DNA of 64,000 bases from an uncultured Bacteroidales bacterium. Its GTDB lineage: Bacteria > Bacteroidota > Bacteroidia > Bacteroidales > VadinHA17. The stretch spans positions 194,673 to 258,672 of the forward strand of contig CAWKJD010000015.1 in assembly GCA_963849945.1 (NCBI GenBank). Reading direction: 5' to 3'. The number at the start of each line of letters is the position of its first letter. The stretch's first letter is position 1. The notes under the pieces are model-generated. The model had not been told where the DNA came from, ran no database searches, and saw only the letters and a program-made list of their open reading frames with translations. This document shows positions 1-9,481 of this stretch, piece after piece. The position numbers and the translations under genes were made by a program.

Positions 1-3000
1 GCAGGCCGATCAGTTTTGAAGCCATCTGTTCATTACATGTGTAATAGTAATGGATAAGTCTGTAACTGTTATCCTTCAACACATCCAGAGCGCCTGCCAT
101 TCCAGTGAGGGTCACTTCACCGGCAAATGCATCCAAATCTAGCGTGACTGCAGTGTCACGTTCCAGGATCATGAATGCCCCCGAATCTACTTCCAAGCCT
201 GCCCTGTTTACTGGTACGGGACGGTATTCTCCGTCCTTCAGTCCTGAAGCAGTAACAAACGAGTACTCCATCCGCAGACTGTCCGTATCACCGGTTTTGA
301 CGGGAATAGTGTCAATTATGGCATCCTTTAGTGTCTCAGTGACAGCGAAGACAGTATCGGAATTGCAGATGAACCTTTCGGTAAGTGCAGTGGAGGCGGA
401 GGTGTAGTTTACTATTTTACCTATCAGGTTGACTGAATCGCCTGCAGTGAAGTACCTTGGTGCGGTGAGTTGGGCTATAACAGGCCTGAAGGCTTTTATA
501 AATCCTGTTGCAGATCCGGCCTGCCGTTTGCCGGTCATGCCTACGACAAATGTCTCCCATGAGGTTATGTCATCAGGGAATGTGGCAGTAAAGCTTACCC
601 TGCCCGAGTCGTTTGTTTGCAGCTGCGGTTGCCAGAAAGCATAGTCTCTAAAATTTTTTCTCAACGTACCAGAAGCCATCGCCTGCTCAATGAAAGTGTC
701 ATCAAATGTCACACCCTTATCCGGTGCTGCTGTCAAAAAGCCTCCGGGTCCGGTTGTCAGCAATATCACACCACCCGATGCCCTGGATCCGTAAATGGCT
801 GTCATTGAAGGATCTTTGATTATCTTAATATTCCTGATCAATTCAGGATCAAGATCACCTATGTCACCGGTATATGGTTTACCGTCAATAATTATCAAAG
901 GCGGCATACCGGCACTCATGGATGATACGCCACGGACGGAGATCGAAGGCCCATCTGTAACGAAAACGCCTGCAACTCTTCCTTCAAGAGCACTGGTAAC
1001 TGTAATGCTGGAAGCTGTCAGGGAGCTTTTCCGTGAAATTCCGTAACCGATAACCACAACCTCGTCTAGGGCCATGAGATCACTTTCAAGCGAAACGTCA
1101 AGGGTCTGATCGTATGATAATTCATACTCCCGGCTCTTCATGCCAATGAAATTAAAGGTCACATTATTAACTCCGAAGGGGAGTCTCAGGGAGTAATTTC
1201 CGTCAATATCGGTGATCACCCCGATTCCCAGTTTATTGCAGGTCACAGTCACACCGGGAAGGGGTTCGCCGTCATCTGAACTGATCACCTTGCCTGAGAC
1301 GGTGTATCCCGGACCGCTATAGGGTGAAACATCCTGCCTGGTAAATTCCTGCAGGAGTTGTCTCTCAGATGATGTAATCTGTCGCTGATCTCCGCCGGAC
1401 AGATTAATTAATTCAAGAACCCGGTTGAACTGGTCGCGGTCACGTTCAGTAACTGCTTTCTTAAAGTCAATGAAAGTCCTGCTGCCAGTGCTTACGATTA
1501 CTGAATCTGCCCTGCAAAACTCCCCCTCATTATAAAATGCAAGGAGTGTGTACTGCCCGGGGATTATGTTTGTGAAACTGTTCTCGTAACCGCGCCTTGT
1601 GTCTACTGTTCTTCTGCTTTCCGAGTAAAGAATAATTGCCACGGGCTGTTCTCCTGTCTCTCTATTCAGATTCATTATCTCAACAGAACCGTTACCCATT
1701 TGTGTGGCTACATTCCTCTCGTAATAGTAGGGTGTGCGTGTTCTGGCTTTCAGGATTTCAAGGCGCATCGAGTCAAGGTACTCCCTGGTGATAACGCTGC
1801 TTTTCAGTTCTTTGGTGGCTGAATAGCGTGAGAGCCTTTCAGGTATCCATTTGCCTGGTTCGAAAGACTTCATCTTCAACAATCCCGGAGCAAAATCATA
1901 CTCATACAAGGGCTCATAGCTAAAGTCTGTCTGAAATTTTCCATCCGACACAAACCGTGCTTTGCCCGGGATTACAGGTCCGGCGAGCTCATAACCGTAG
2001 CCGGGACTGTTCAGGTAAGGATCTGAAATCTGACGGGCGAGGTCACTCATCAGTATCAGATTATCAGACTGGTTGATGTATGCAACGCTGTTGTTGAATG
2101 AAGATCTGAAGGGCATTAAGTAATTTTCCAGTCTGGTGGCTTCGGCTTTGGCAAGCTTCGGTTTAGCGTCCTTTTTTTGAAATGTTTCCGGATTGTCCGT
2201 GTCACTTATTGAAAGAATAAGCTTCTTGCCTTCTACAAATCTCAGGCTGTCAATTTCATATATATTATAAGGTGTCCTGATGCTTATAAAATGATATCCT
2301 GAGTCAACCCTGAATGAATAGGGCTGGTTATCAGACGCGATGTCAATATAAACGGGTCTGTTATCAATATATATATAGTTGATATTAACTGGAAATCCTT
2401 TTTTGAATATAAACGGGGCAAACTGAGTGATGCTATCTCCCATATCAGATAAGAAAGTACATACTTCCTCCGGGTGGAACCTGAACCTGAAATATTCAAT
2501 TGTATCCAGTCCGGCATCCTTCTTCCATCTTTCATATCTGAACCTGTACCAGAGATCAGTATCAATTGCCGGGTTGGCATTAAACTTATTGATAAGCTCC
2601 TTTCGCCTTGCGGATTTTGCAAGTGATGGAAGGGAAGGCAGCTTAGCTTCGAACTTGCGTGTAACCGAGTAAGCTGTCAGGTCAGCACCGGCTACGGGTT
2701 TTCCTTCATAGTCATTGACCTGAATAGTCACTTTGGCTTTATTACCTGGAATGATCATATCGGGCTGATCAACGCTAATGGTCAGTTTATCCTTTTGTAC
2801 TCCGATCTGGTACATTGAGTTGTTCATCACCCCTCCCCACAGGTAATTAAGCGACAGATACCAGTTTTTATTTCCGGAAGCCCTGTGCCGGAAATTGAGG
2901 CTGTCAGTGATACCTCTCTGTACCTCCCTGTTAAATTCATAAATGAAGTAACTGAAGCTGAGTCCCGTGCTGCTCCCAGCGTTAATAAAGACCGAATCAT

Positions 3001-4633
3001 TAATAACCTGAGTGTTGCATATTATTCCCGGAGATATCTCTGCTGCAAGTATTGTTCTTGACGTACCGCCGGAAGTGAGTGTATAGGCTGATACGAACGA
3101 ATCACTCTTTATCGAAAAGGGAAAATTGACAGCTACTCCCTTTTTATTGCCGAAGGCATCCTCCGTTGTCAGTGTCCCTTTGCACCCCGTTTCTTTTCCG
3201 TCAACCCTCACCAGAAAGGTGACTGAGTCTCCCAATGAGCTGAATTCAATTTCTTCCTTCCTGCTAACGAATGTGACTTTCTCCGTAACTGTGACGGTTT
3301 CGTTATCAGATGTATTGGCAGTTGCAACAAGAGTATAATCGAGGTTGGCATCTGGAAAGACAGAATCAGGGATCCCGATAAGCGTTTCACCCGAGGCCTG
3401 CAGGTTTTCACGGATCACTGACAGGGTGTCCCTGACTTCGATCTGTTTCCCGAATATTTCACTCACTTTGTCACGGAGGATAACCAGAGTGACACGCGCA
3501 TCGGGAAGAACCATTTCATTTTCATTCACGGCTTTCAGGCTGGCCAAAAACGGGATGCCTTTGTATTGTACTTTTTCGGGCAACCGGAGGTTCAGCCTGA
3601 GTCCCTTCAGATCATAATACTCATACCTGAAAGCCCCCGAGATGAGCGTTTTATATTTTCCGGCCTTGCTGAAACTGACTGTATAATCTTTATCAAGCTG
3701 AAGGCCAAGTGAATCATCAAGAACGAAGCTGTAACTATATCCCCCAGGATTGTACGGTGCAACCGTTCCCAGTTTAATCATCTTATACGGATCACTTTTA
3801 GTGATCTTAATATCCGCTTCCCTTTTCAGCGGCAAATGATTCTTTCCACAGAGAATGAAGGCTTTCAGCATTACAGTATCACCGGGATTATATTTGGGTT
3901 TGTTGAAAACGAGATAGCCTGCGGAGGGCCAACCTTCAGTGAAGGTCCGTGATATCCATTGCCAGATGCTTCTGGCGGTATAAAATCCGTATCCCCTGAA
4001 TGCAGATATAACTACATCGACCGGTAACATAACGGTAGTCCTGACAGGTACCCAAACATACTTTACCGGGCTGCTATATGCAATCTTTCGTGACACTCTT
4101 TTAATTCCCGGATTATTAAAGGATCTCTCAAGTCTTATGAGACTCGTAATTCCGTCATGAGTAACGGAGATTATCCCTCGGCTGTTTGCCTTTTTAAGTC
4201 TGTATGAACCGGTTATTTCATCATAGGGAATTCTCCGGCCGTTTATATGCATTCCGGCATTAGCAACGGGTTCCCCGGTATGGTTCCGCAGTTGGAGTAC
4301 CAGGTCAGTCTGGTTATCGACTATGGAAACATGTATATTGGGAATGCAAAAATATTCCAGATCAAGTTTGTCTTTGTCGATGAACGCTTTCAGGTAGTTG
4401 CCCGCAGCAAGTTTGCCCTCGTAAGCCGCGCCCGTGGGAAATGAATCGACTTTATTGTAAAAAAGATCTTCGTTGGGATTCAAGGTCCTAATGCGTGCAA
4501 TTCTCAGTGCCTGCCGGTCCGAAATTGAATAATAATAGGTATAGGGACTGGTAGTACGGCTGTCGGGAAGATTCTGTGCCCCAACACCTGAAATCTGCAG
4601 GATTGCGGTAATTAAAAGGAATGATCTATGCAT
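1..4633 (-). CDS. alpha-2-macroglobulin family protein, N-terminal ~1544 aa (C-terminus runs off the window start); carries a CarboxypepD_reg-like plus TonB-plug-like insert
   Basis: Not in the ORF track because it has no stop codon inside the window. Hand translation of the minus strand from ATG 4633 gives the signal peptide MHRSFLLITAILQISGVGAQ. The frame stays open to nt 2 (spot-checked at 4562-4633, 3302-3360, 2402-2458 and 2-1320). Motifs: SGKVISSDDGEPLPGVTVT..TDIDGNYSL (~1200-1310); ALEGRVAGV..IIIDGKPY..KDPSMTAIYGSRASGGVILLTT (plug-like, ~760-1015); FWQPQLQTNDSGRVSFTATFPDDITSWE (~555-650); thioester-type CNEQ at nt 26-37. Confidence 0.8.
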   Translation of the reverse strand, partial: MHRSFLLITAILQISGVGAQNLPDSRTTSPYTYYYSISDRQALRIARIRTLNPNEDLFYNKVDSFPTGAAYEGKLAAGNYLKAFIDKDKLDLEYFCIPNIHVSIVDNQTDLVLQLRNHTGEPVANAGMHINGRRIPYDEITGSYRLKKANSRGIISVTHDGITSLIRLERSFNNPGIKRVSRKIAYSSPVKYVWVPVRTTVMLPVDVVISAFRGYGFYTARSIWQWISRTFTEGWPSAGYLVFNKPKYNPGDTVMLKAFILCGKNHLPLKREADIKITKSDPYKMIKLGTVAPYNPGGYSYSFVLDDSLGLQLDKDYTVSFSKAGKYKTLISGAFRYEYYDLKGLRLNLRLPEKVQYKGIPFLASLKAVNENEMVLPDARVTLVILRDKVSEIFGKQIEVRDTLSVIRENLQASGETLIGIPDSVFPDANLDYTLVATANTSDNETVTVTEKVTFVSRKEEIEFSSLGDSVTFLVRVDGKETGCKGTLTTEDAFGNKKGVAVNFPFSIKSDSFVSAYTLTSGGTSRTILAAEISPGIICNTQVINDSVFINAGSSTGLSFSYFIYEFNREVQRGITDSLNFRHRASGNKNWYLSLNYLWGGVMNNSMYQIGVQKDKLTISVDQPDMIIPGNKAKVTIQVNDYEGKPVAGADLTAYSVTRKFEAKLPSLPSLAKSARRKELINKFNANPAIDTDLWYRFRYERWKKDAGLDTIEYFRFRFHPEEVCTFLSDMGDSITQFAPFIFKKGFPVNINYIYIDNRPVYIDIASDNQPYSFRVDSGYHFISIRTPYNIYEIDSLRFVEGKKLILSISDTDNPETFQKKDAKPKLAKAEATRLENYLMPFRSSFNNSVAYINQSDNLILMSDLARQISDPYLNSPGYGYELAGPVIPGKARFVSDGKFQTDFSYEPLYEYDFAPGLLKMKSFEPGKWIPERLSRYSATKELKSSVITREYLDSMRLEILKARTRTPYYYERNVATQMGNGSVEIMNLNRETGEQPVAIILYSESRRTVDTRRGYENSFTNIIPGQYTLLAFYNEGEFCRADSVIVSTGSRTFIDFKKAVTERDRDQFNRVLELINLSGGDQRQITSSERQLLQEFTRQDVSPYSGPGYTVSGKVISSDDGEPLPGVTVTCNKLGIGVITDIDGNYSLRLPFGVNNVTFNFIGMKSREYELSYDQTLDVSLESDLMALDEVVVIGYGISRKSSLTASSITVTSALEGRVAGVFVTDGPSISVRGVSSMSAGMPPLIIIDGKPYTGDIGDLDPELIRNIKIIKDPSMTAIYGSRASGGVILLTTGPGGFLTAAPDKGVTFDDTFIEQAMASGTLRKNFRDYAFWQPQLQTNDSGRVSFTATFPDDITSWETFVVGMTGKRQAGSATGFIKAFRPVIAQLTAPRYFTAGDSVNLIGKIVNYTSASTALTERFICNSDTVFAVTETLKDAIIDTIPVKTGDTDSLRMEYSFVTASGLKDGEYRPVPVNRAGLEVDSGAFMILERDTAVTLDLDAFAGEVTLTGMAGALDVLKDNSYRLIHYYYTCNEQMASKLIGL

Positions 4634-4893
4634 GTTGACTTTTTGACAGTTCCGGTAACAGGTAAATTTAAAAAGAAAATCCTGCAAGATCAATGATCTG
4701 CGGGATTTTGTGTTTTGGAGGGTGACGGAATTGAGGACAGATGCACCTGGTAAGAGTATTAAACCAGATAAATCTTAAAGTTCGCAATTGCAGTCATATC
4801 CGCCAGAGTGTGATCACGGGTTGGTTAAAGGCATGATCTGAGAACTGTTCAGTCTTTTAAGCATGGCAGTGGTAATTTAATATCTTTACCTCT

Positions 4894-5925
4894 GTGAGAG
4901 AATCAGTTAAAACGATACCGCTGACCGGCCTTGACCTCTCCGGCCTGGAGCACCTTTTGACAGTCAATGGTGTCGATCCGCGATATGCGAGACGAGTCCT
5001 TTACTGGATCTACAGAAGGGGCATAAGGTCTTTCGCTGAAATAAACGATATCCCTAAAAAAGTACTGTCAGTTCTCTCCGAAAACTTTACCACAGGTCTT
5101 GACTCTCCCGTATCGTCGGCTGTTTCTGCAGACGGTTCAGCAAAGTACCTTTTCCGGACCGATGGAGGCCTGCTTCATGAGACTGTTTTTCTCCCTGAAG
5201 GTAAGCGCAAAACAGTATGCGTTTCCGTGCAGTCGGGATGCCGCATGGGATGCCGGTTCTGTGCAACAGGACTGAACGGCTGGAGAGGCAACCTGACAGC
5301 CGGTGAGATTGTCAACCAGGTTGTCAGCCTTCCGCATGATGTCAGTCATGTGGTGCTGATGGGAATGGGAGAGCCCGGTGATAATATCGGGGAGGTAATC
5401 AAAGCTTACAATATATTAACTGCTGAATGGGGGTTGGCAATTGGCAGGAGCAGAGTTACAGTCTCGACCGTCGGTGTGACACCTTCTGTAAAGAGACTTT
5501 TGGAAGAAACCGTGTGTAACCTCACCCTGAGTCTTTATTCTCCTTTTAGTGAGGAGCGGAGAGAGGTAATGCCGGCTGAATATACATGGCCGTACAAGGA
5601 GACCCTCGCTCTCATGAAGACTTTTGAGACAGGCCGTTACAGGCGATTTACAGTGGCCTACGTAATGATCAGAGGAAAAAATGATACAGAAAGGCATCTT
5701 GAAGAACTGAACAGGTTACTTTCGGGGACGAGGATAAGAGTAAATCTTCTCCCTTATCATCAGCGGGAGAATGACAGTGACTGCACTTCTGACTCTGAAA
5801 CTATGATGAGGTTCAAGCATCTTCTGGTAACATCAGGTATCGGAGCTTCAGTACGGAAGTCAAGAGGCGCAGATATAGCAGCAGCATGCGGGATGCTTGT
5901 TGCGGGTGGCGGGCCAAAAGAATAA
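4894..5925 (+). CDS. rlmN: 23S rRNA/tRNA adenine-C2 methyltransferase RlmN (radical SAM)
   Basis: 343-aa ORF with a GTG start. It has the radical-SAM CxxxCxxC motif (CRMGCRFC) and the C-terminal conserved Cys context DIAAACGML. The length is typical of RlmN/Cfr. Confidence 0.8.
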   Translation: MRESVKTIPLTGLDLSGLEHLLTVNGVDPRYARRVLYWIYRRGIRSFAEINDIPKKVLSVLSENFTTGLDSPVSSAVSADGSAKYLFRTDGGLLHETVFLPEGKRKTVCVSVQSGCRMGCRFCATGLNGWRGNLTAGEIVNQVVSLPHDVSHVVLMGMGEPGDNIGEVIKAYNILTAEWGLAIGRSRVTVSTVGVTPSVKRLLEETVCNLTLSLYSPFSEERREVMPAEYTWPYKETLALMKTFETGRYRRFTVAYVMIRGKNDTERHLEELNRLLSGTRIRVNLLPYHQRENDSDCTSDSETMMRFKHLLVTSGIGASVRKSRGADIAAACGMLVAGGGPKE

Positions 5926-5950
5926 AGAAATAAATAATTTACCGCCTTCT

Positions 5951-6481
5951 CTACTTAGAGGGATTAATAAGCTGCAGCATGTATTCAGTGATAAATATGC
6001 CGTTAAAGCGTACCCACTCCCTTTTCGTGGCACTGAGGACAAATCCGTGATGAAGAAACAGGTTCATACTTTCTTCATTGCCTTCAAGAATATTGCACCA
6101 CAGCTGATGAAGGCAGAGTGATTCAAAGGTATATCTGATAATGCACTCAAGGGCTGCCGATGCATGGCCTTTCTTCCTGTCATGAGGGTCGGCGATCAGG
6201 ATACCGACCCCTGCCCTCATATGAAACTGATCGAAATCGAAGAGGTCAATTGTGCCGATTGTCCTTTTCCCGGCAATCGCATCAATCATCAGCCTCAGCT
6301 GAAAGGTCTCGAAAAGGCTTTTATGAGAGTTGGCGATGTATCGCTTCAGGATATATTTTGAGTACGGAACAAGGGTATTGCTCTGTCTCCAGTTTGCCTC
6401 CTCATTCTCCCATTTGTAAAGGAGTTCCAGGTCCTCTGGTTCAACAGCACGCAGCCTGACTCCGTTACCCTCGAGCATCAT
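5951..6481 (-). CDS. GNAT family N-acetyltransferase (RimJ/RimL-like)
   Basis: 176-aa ORF. It has an acetyl-CoA-binding-like segment (AGVGILIADPHDRKKGHASAAL) and a RimL-like N-terminus (VRLRAVEPEDLELLYKWEN). It overlaps the next gene by 4 nt. Confidence 0.7.
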   Translation of the reverse strand: MMLEGNGVRLRAVEPEDLELLYKWENEEANWRQSNTLVPYSKYILKRYIANSHKSLFETFQLRLMIDAIAGKRTIGTIDLFDFDQFHMRAGVGILIADPHDRKKGHASAALECIIRYTFESLCLHQLWCNILEGNEESMNLFLHHGFVLSATKREWVRFNGIFITEYMLQLINPSK

Positions 6482-8112
6482 TTCCTGTAAACTTTCTTAA
6501 CGAAGATATCACTCGGGTATCCCAGCCTGAGCAATCGTGCTTGCTCCTCGTAAGCTTTCGGCTTTGTATCAAAGCGTCCCGTGGTGTAACGGTAGAACTT
6601 GTCCTGGCGATTATAGAACACCGCTATATCAGCGTGCTCAAAGTATGCCGGATCAACAGGGTTATGCAGTGCCATGACCTGAACGGTATAATACAGCACA
6701 TCAGGATCAACCTCCTCGTCTGTGTCAAGAACATCCTTGATGACAAGGTTCATGATAAGGGATGAGGAGTCGGTCAGGGTTATGTAAGGAAGGTCCTTTG
6801 GATCAAAGCTGATTGTTACCGTGTCTCTCGGCTCTTCCGAGGGAGGATTGAATGTCACCAGGGCGATCTCCTTCTTCTTGTAGGCGGTCATTATCGAATA
6901 ATAGCCAAATGCGCCATTGTCAAACGGCTGGAAACCGAGATCATCATCAGTAGTGCTTAACGGATATCCGATATTGATCGGTTTGCCCCACACACCTGCC
7001 TTTGACGCCGATAAATAAATATCGTAGCCTCCGATAGATCCATGGCCCTCGGAGCTATAGGTGAGGGTCAGGCCGTCTTTTGAAATAAAGGGGGTCTCTT
7101 CGTTATACGGAGAGTTCACAACATCCCCAAGATTCACCGGCACACCCCAGTCGCCTGTCTGGTCTCTTTCAGACACCCACATATCAAGTTCTCCAAAACC
7201 GCCCAGACGATTTGAAGTGAAATAGAGCTTCTTGCCGTCTGAAGAAATAGCAGCATGGGATTCGTAGAATTTGGTGTTGATATTTTTATTGAGGCTGACT
7301 ATTTCCGACCATTTCCCGTTTTTGAAGGTTGTCATGTAGATATTACCGTCGTAATTGTCATTCTTGAACAGGTACAGTTCTGTACCGTCATTATTCAGCG
7401 AGGTCGTATAACAGTCAGTTCCCATGGAAGCTTCTTCCGTGATATCAACAGGTGTGCCCCAGCCGTTTTTCTCTTTCCTGGTGACATAAATGACTGATTC
7501 GAGCCCGCGACGTTCGGTATAGGCCATGGTGCCGCCGTCGTAACTTATTACAGGCCGGTCATTGACAGAGCCCTGATTTATATATTCCTTCAAGGGCTGT
7601 ATAAGCACCCTAACAGGTGATTTCATCTGGATTGTTGCAAGATTGCATGCCTGTATCTGCTGGTTGATAAACTCCTGGTTCTTCATCTCGCCTGTTTTGG
7701 CGACGAGGTTCTTGAACATCCGGTAGGTGCTCAGGGCGCTGTCGAGTTTATTGGCTATCCTGTAGGCATTGGCAAGAGAGAAGTATGCATCAAGCGGAGC
7801 CCTTTTTTCTTTGAGAAGGCCGGTTTTGGAGTCATAGCTGGTATTCATCACAGCTGCCTCAAGAAAAGGAATGGCTTTTGATTTCTCATCAAAGATATTA
7901 AGATAGCAGTTGCCTATTTTGTATTTGATATTTGCGTTGCCGGGTATGAGGTCATTAAGGATCAGGTAGAGCGGATTTGCAAGTTCATATTCGCCATACA
8001 GATAGTGCGATTCGGCTTCAAGCCAAATCGCTTTGAGCTCACTCTTCTTCTGGGCGCCGAGCGGCACAACAGCAAGTAGTCCCGCAACAATTACTATTCC
8101 CCTTATTCCCAT
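6478..8112 (-). CDS. secreted TPR + TolB-like (PD40/WD40-like) beta-propeller protein with SPOR-like C-terminal domain (paralog 1 of 3)
   Basis: Signal peptide MGIRGIVIVAGLLAVVPLGAQ. TPR-like N-terminal region. PD40-type repeats (SSDGKKLYFTSNRLGGFGELDMW, GDWGVPVNLGDVVNSPYNEETPF, GGYDIY). The C-terminal ~70 aa (YTVQVMAL..YRYTTGRFDTKPKAYEEQARLLRLGY) resemble a SPOR fold; that last assignment is an inference. Confidence 0.7.
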   Translation of the reverse strand: MGIRGIVIVAGLLAVVPLGAQKKSELKAIWLEAESHYLYGEYELANPLYLILNDLIPGNANIKYKIGNCYLNIFDEKSKAIPFLEAAVMNTSYDSKTGLLKEKRAPLDAYFSLANAYRIANKLDSALSTYRMFKNLVAKTGEMKNQEFINQQIQACNLATIQMKSPVRVLIQPLKEYINQGSVNDRPVISYDGGTMAYTERRGLESVIYVTRKEKNGWGTPVDITEEASMGTDCYTTSLNNDGTELYLFKNDNYDGNIYMTTFKNGKWSEIVSLNKNINTKFYESHAAISSDGKKLYFTSNRLGGFGELDMWVSERDQTGDWGVPVNLGDVVNSPYNEETPFISKDGLTLTYSSEGHGSIGGYDIYLSASKAGVWGKPINIGYPLSTTDDDLGFQPFDNGAFGYYSIMTAYKKKEIALVTFNPPSEEPRDTVTISFDPKDLPYITLTDSSSLIMNLVIKDVLDTDEEVDPDVLYYTVQVMALHNPVDPAYFEHADIAVFYNRQDKFYRYTTGRFDTKPKAYEEQARLLRLGYPSDIFVKKVYRK

Positions 8113-8170
8113 TTTTCGTTTTCGTTACAATTTTAAGTCTTTATGACCATTATCGTAATCCTCGTCTTTA

Positions 8171-9481
8171 TTATTTGAACCTGATATGGTAGATGTCGCC
8201 TTTACCTTCTCCCTCGTCCCTGCGCGTCATTGACATGAAGCCTCCGTTGCCTTTATCTGTCGGGCAGAAGAAGAAATTATCGTCAGGATTATTCAAAGGA
8301 TAACCTATGTTCTTTGGCTTGCTCCAAAGGCCGTTGGACTGCAGATCACTTCTGAAGATGTCATAACCGCCCATATTATAATGGCCCTGTGAAGCGAAAA
8401 AGAGTATGGTGCCGTTATTTATGAGAAATGGCCTGTCATCATTGAAGGGAGTGTTTATCTCAGGTCCCAGGTTGACAGGTGTGCCCCATTCGCCATCCTC
8501 ATTCAGTTTTGAAATATACAGGTCAAGGCCTCCGAAGCCTCCCGGCCTGTCACTTGAGAATATCATTGCCGATCCGTCCTCGGTCAGGTAACCGTGTGCC
8601 TCCCAGTATTTAGTGTTTATTTCCTTTTTCAGCTTGCGTGCCGGTTCCCATCTGGTTCCGTCGAACTTGCTCATCCATATATCGCTGTTGATGTTGTCAT
8701 CCTTTGACAGAAGCATGAGAGTGCCGTTGGGAGAGAGATATGAGATATAATGATCTCCGTCAGACTGCAGCTCAGGTGTGATGTTGACAGGAGGTGTCCA
8801 TTCATTCCTGACAAGGTGCGAGACCATTATGGCATCATAGAATTTCATAGAGGACATATATGCGATAGTCTTTCCGTCAGCCGAAACAACAGGAAAGAAA
8901 TTATCATTGCTATCGTTGATCACATCACCTAAAGATTCAATTGTGAATCTTACGGGCTCTGCCATTATAGCAGGGGCATTGTTGCATGAGGCGATCTGCT
9001 GATCGACGAATAGTATATTTTGTATGTCTGTGGCCAGGAGGGTTTCCCGGTACCTGGCGTATGCCTCTTTGGCTTTTTCGAACATATAATTGATCCTGTA
9101 GGCGTCGCCCAGGAAAAAGAGCGCTTCGTACGGTGCTTCAACCTGCCTCAGGGAGCCTTCGCGGTATTTGGCCGTAATCTTCTGTGAGGCTTTTTCCAGA
9201 TACTCGATTGAAAGGTTTTTGCTGCCTTCCATATTGAGATAGCATAATCCTATGCGGAACGCAATGCTCGCATTATCAGGCATTACGGTATATATACCCT
9301 GGTAATAAGGGAGTGCATCAGCATAGTCTCCTCTCATAAGGAAATACTCTGCCTCATAAAAGGCTTCCTGTAGTCTGATGTTGTCCTGTGCCCTTACGGC
9401 TATGCTAAGCGTAAGAACAAACAGCATAAGTGCAAATCTCTTACTTTTCATCTTGGTATTATGCTTTATCTTTTTCTTCAT
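8171..9481 (-). CDS. secreted TPR + TolB-like beta-propeller protein (paralog 2 of 3)
   Basis: Same motif order as its neighbours (CYLN, AYRIN, NTKYWE, SSDRPGGFGGLDLY, GEWGTPVNLGPEINTPFNDDRPF, GGYDIFRS, NIGYPLN). An alternative ATG at 9451 (MKSKRFALML..) would remove the 23-nt overlap with the upstream gene. Confidence 0.7.
   Translation of the reverse strand: MKKKIKHNTKMKSKRFALMLFVLTLSIAVRAQDNIRLQEAFYEAEYFLMRGDYADALPYYQGIYTVMPDNASIAFRIGLCYLNMEGSKNLSIEYLEKASQKITAKYREGSLRQVEAPYEALFFLGDAYRINYMFEKAKEAYARYRETLLATDIQNILFVDQQIASCNNAPAIMAEPVRFTIESLGDVINDSNDNFFPVVSADGKTIAYMSSMKFYDAIMVSHLVRNEWTPPVNITPELQSDGDHYISYLSPNGTLMLLSKDDNINSDIWMSKFDGTRWEPARKLKKEINTKYWEAHGYLTEDGSAMIFSSDRPGGFGGLDLYISKLNEDGEWGTPVNLGPEINTPFNDDRPFLINNGTILFFASQGHYNMGGYDIFRSDLQSNGLWSKPKNIGYPLNNPDDNFFFCPTDKGNGGFMSMTRRDEGEGKGDIYHIRFK

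Noticed and set aside
105-1046. Four short plus-strand ORFs (63-100 aa) at the window start.
   Set aside because: All lie antisense to the continuous A2M-family frame, which has strong domain motifs.
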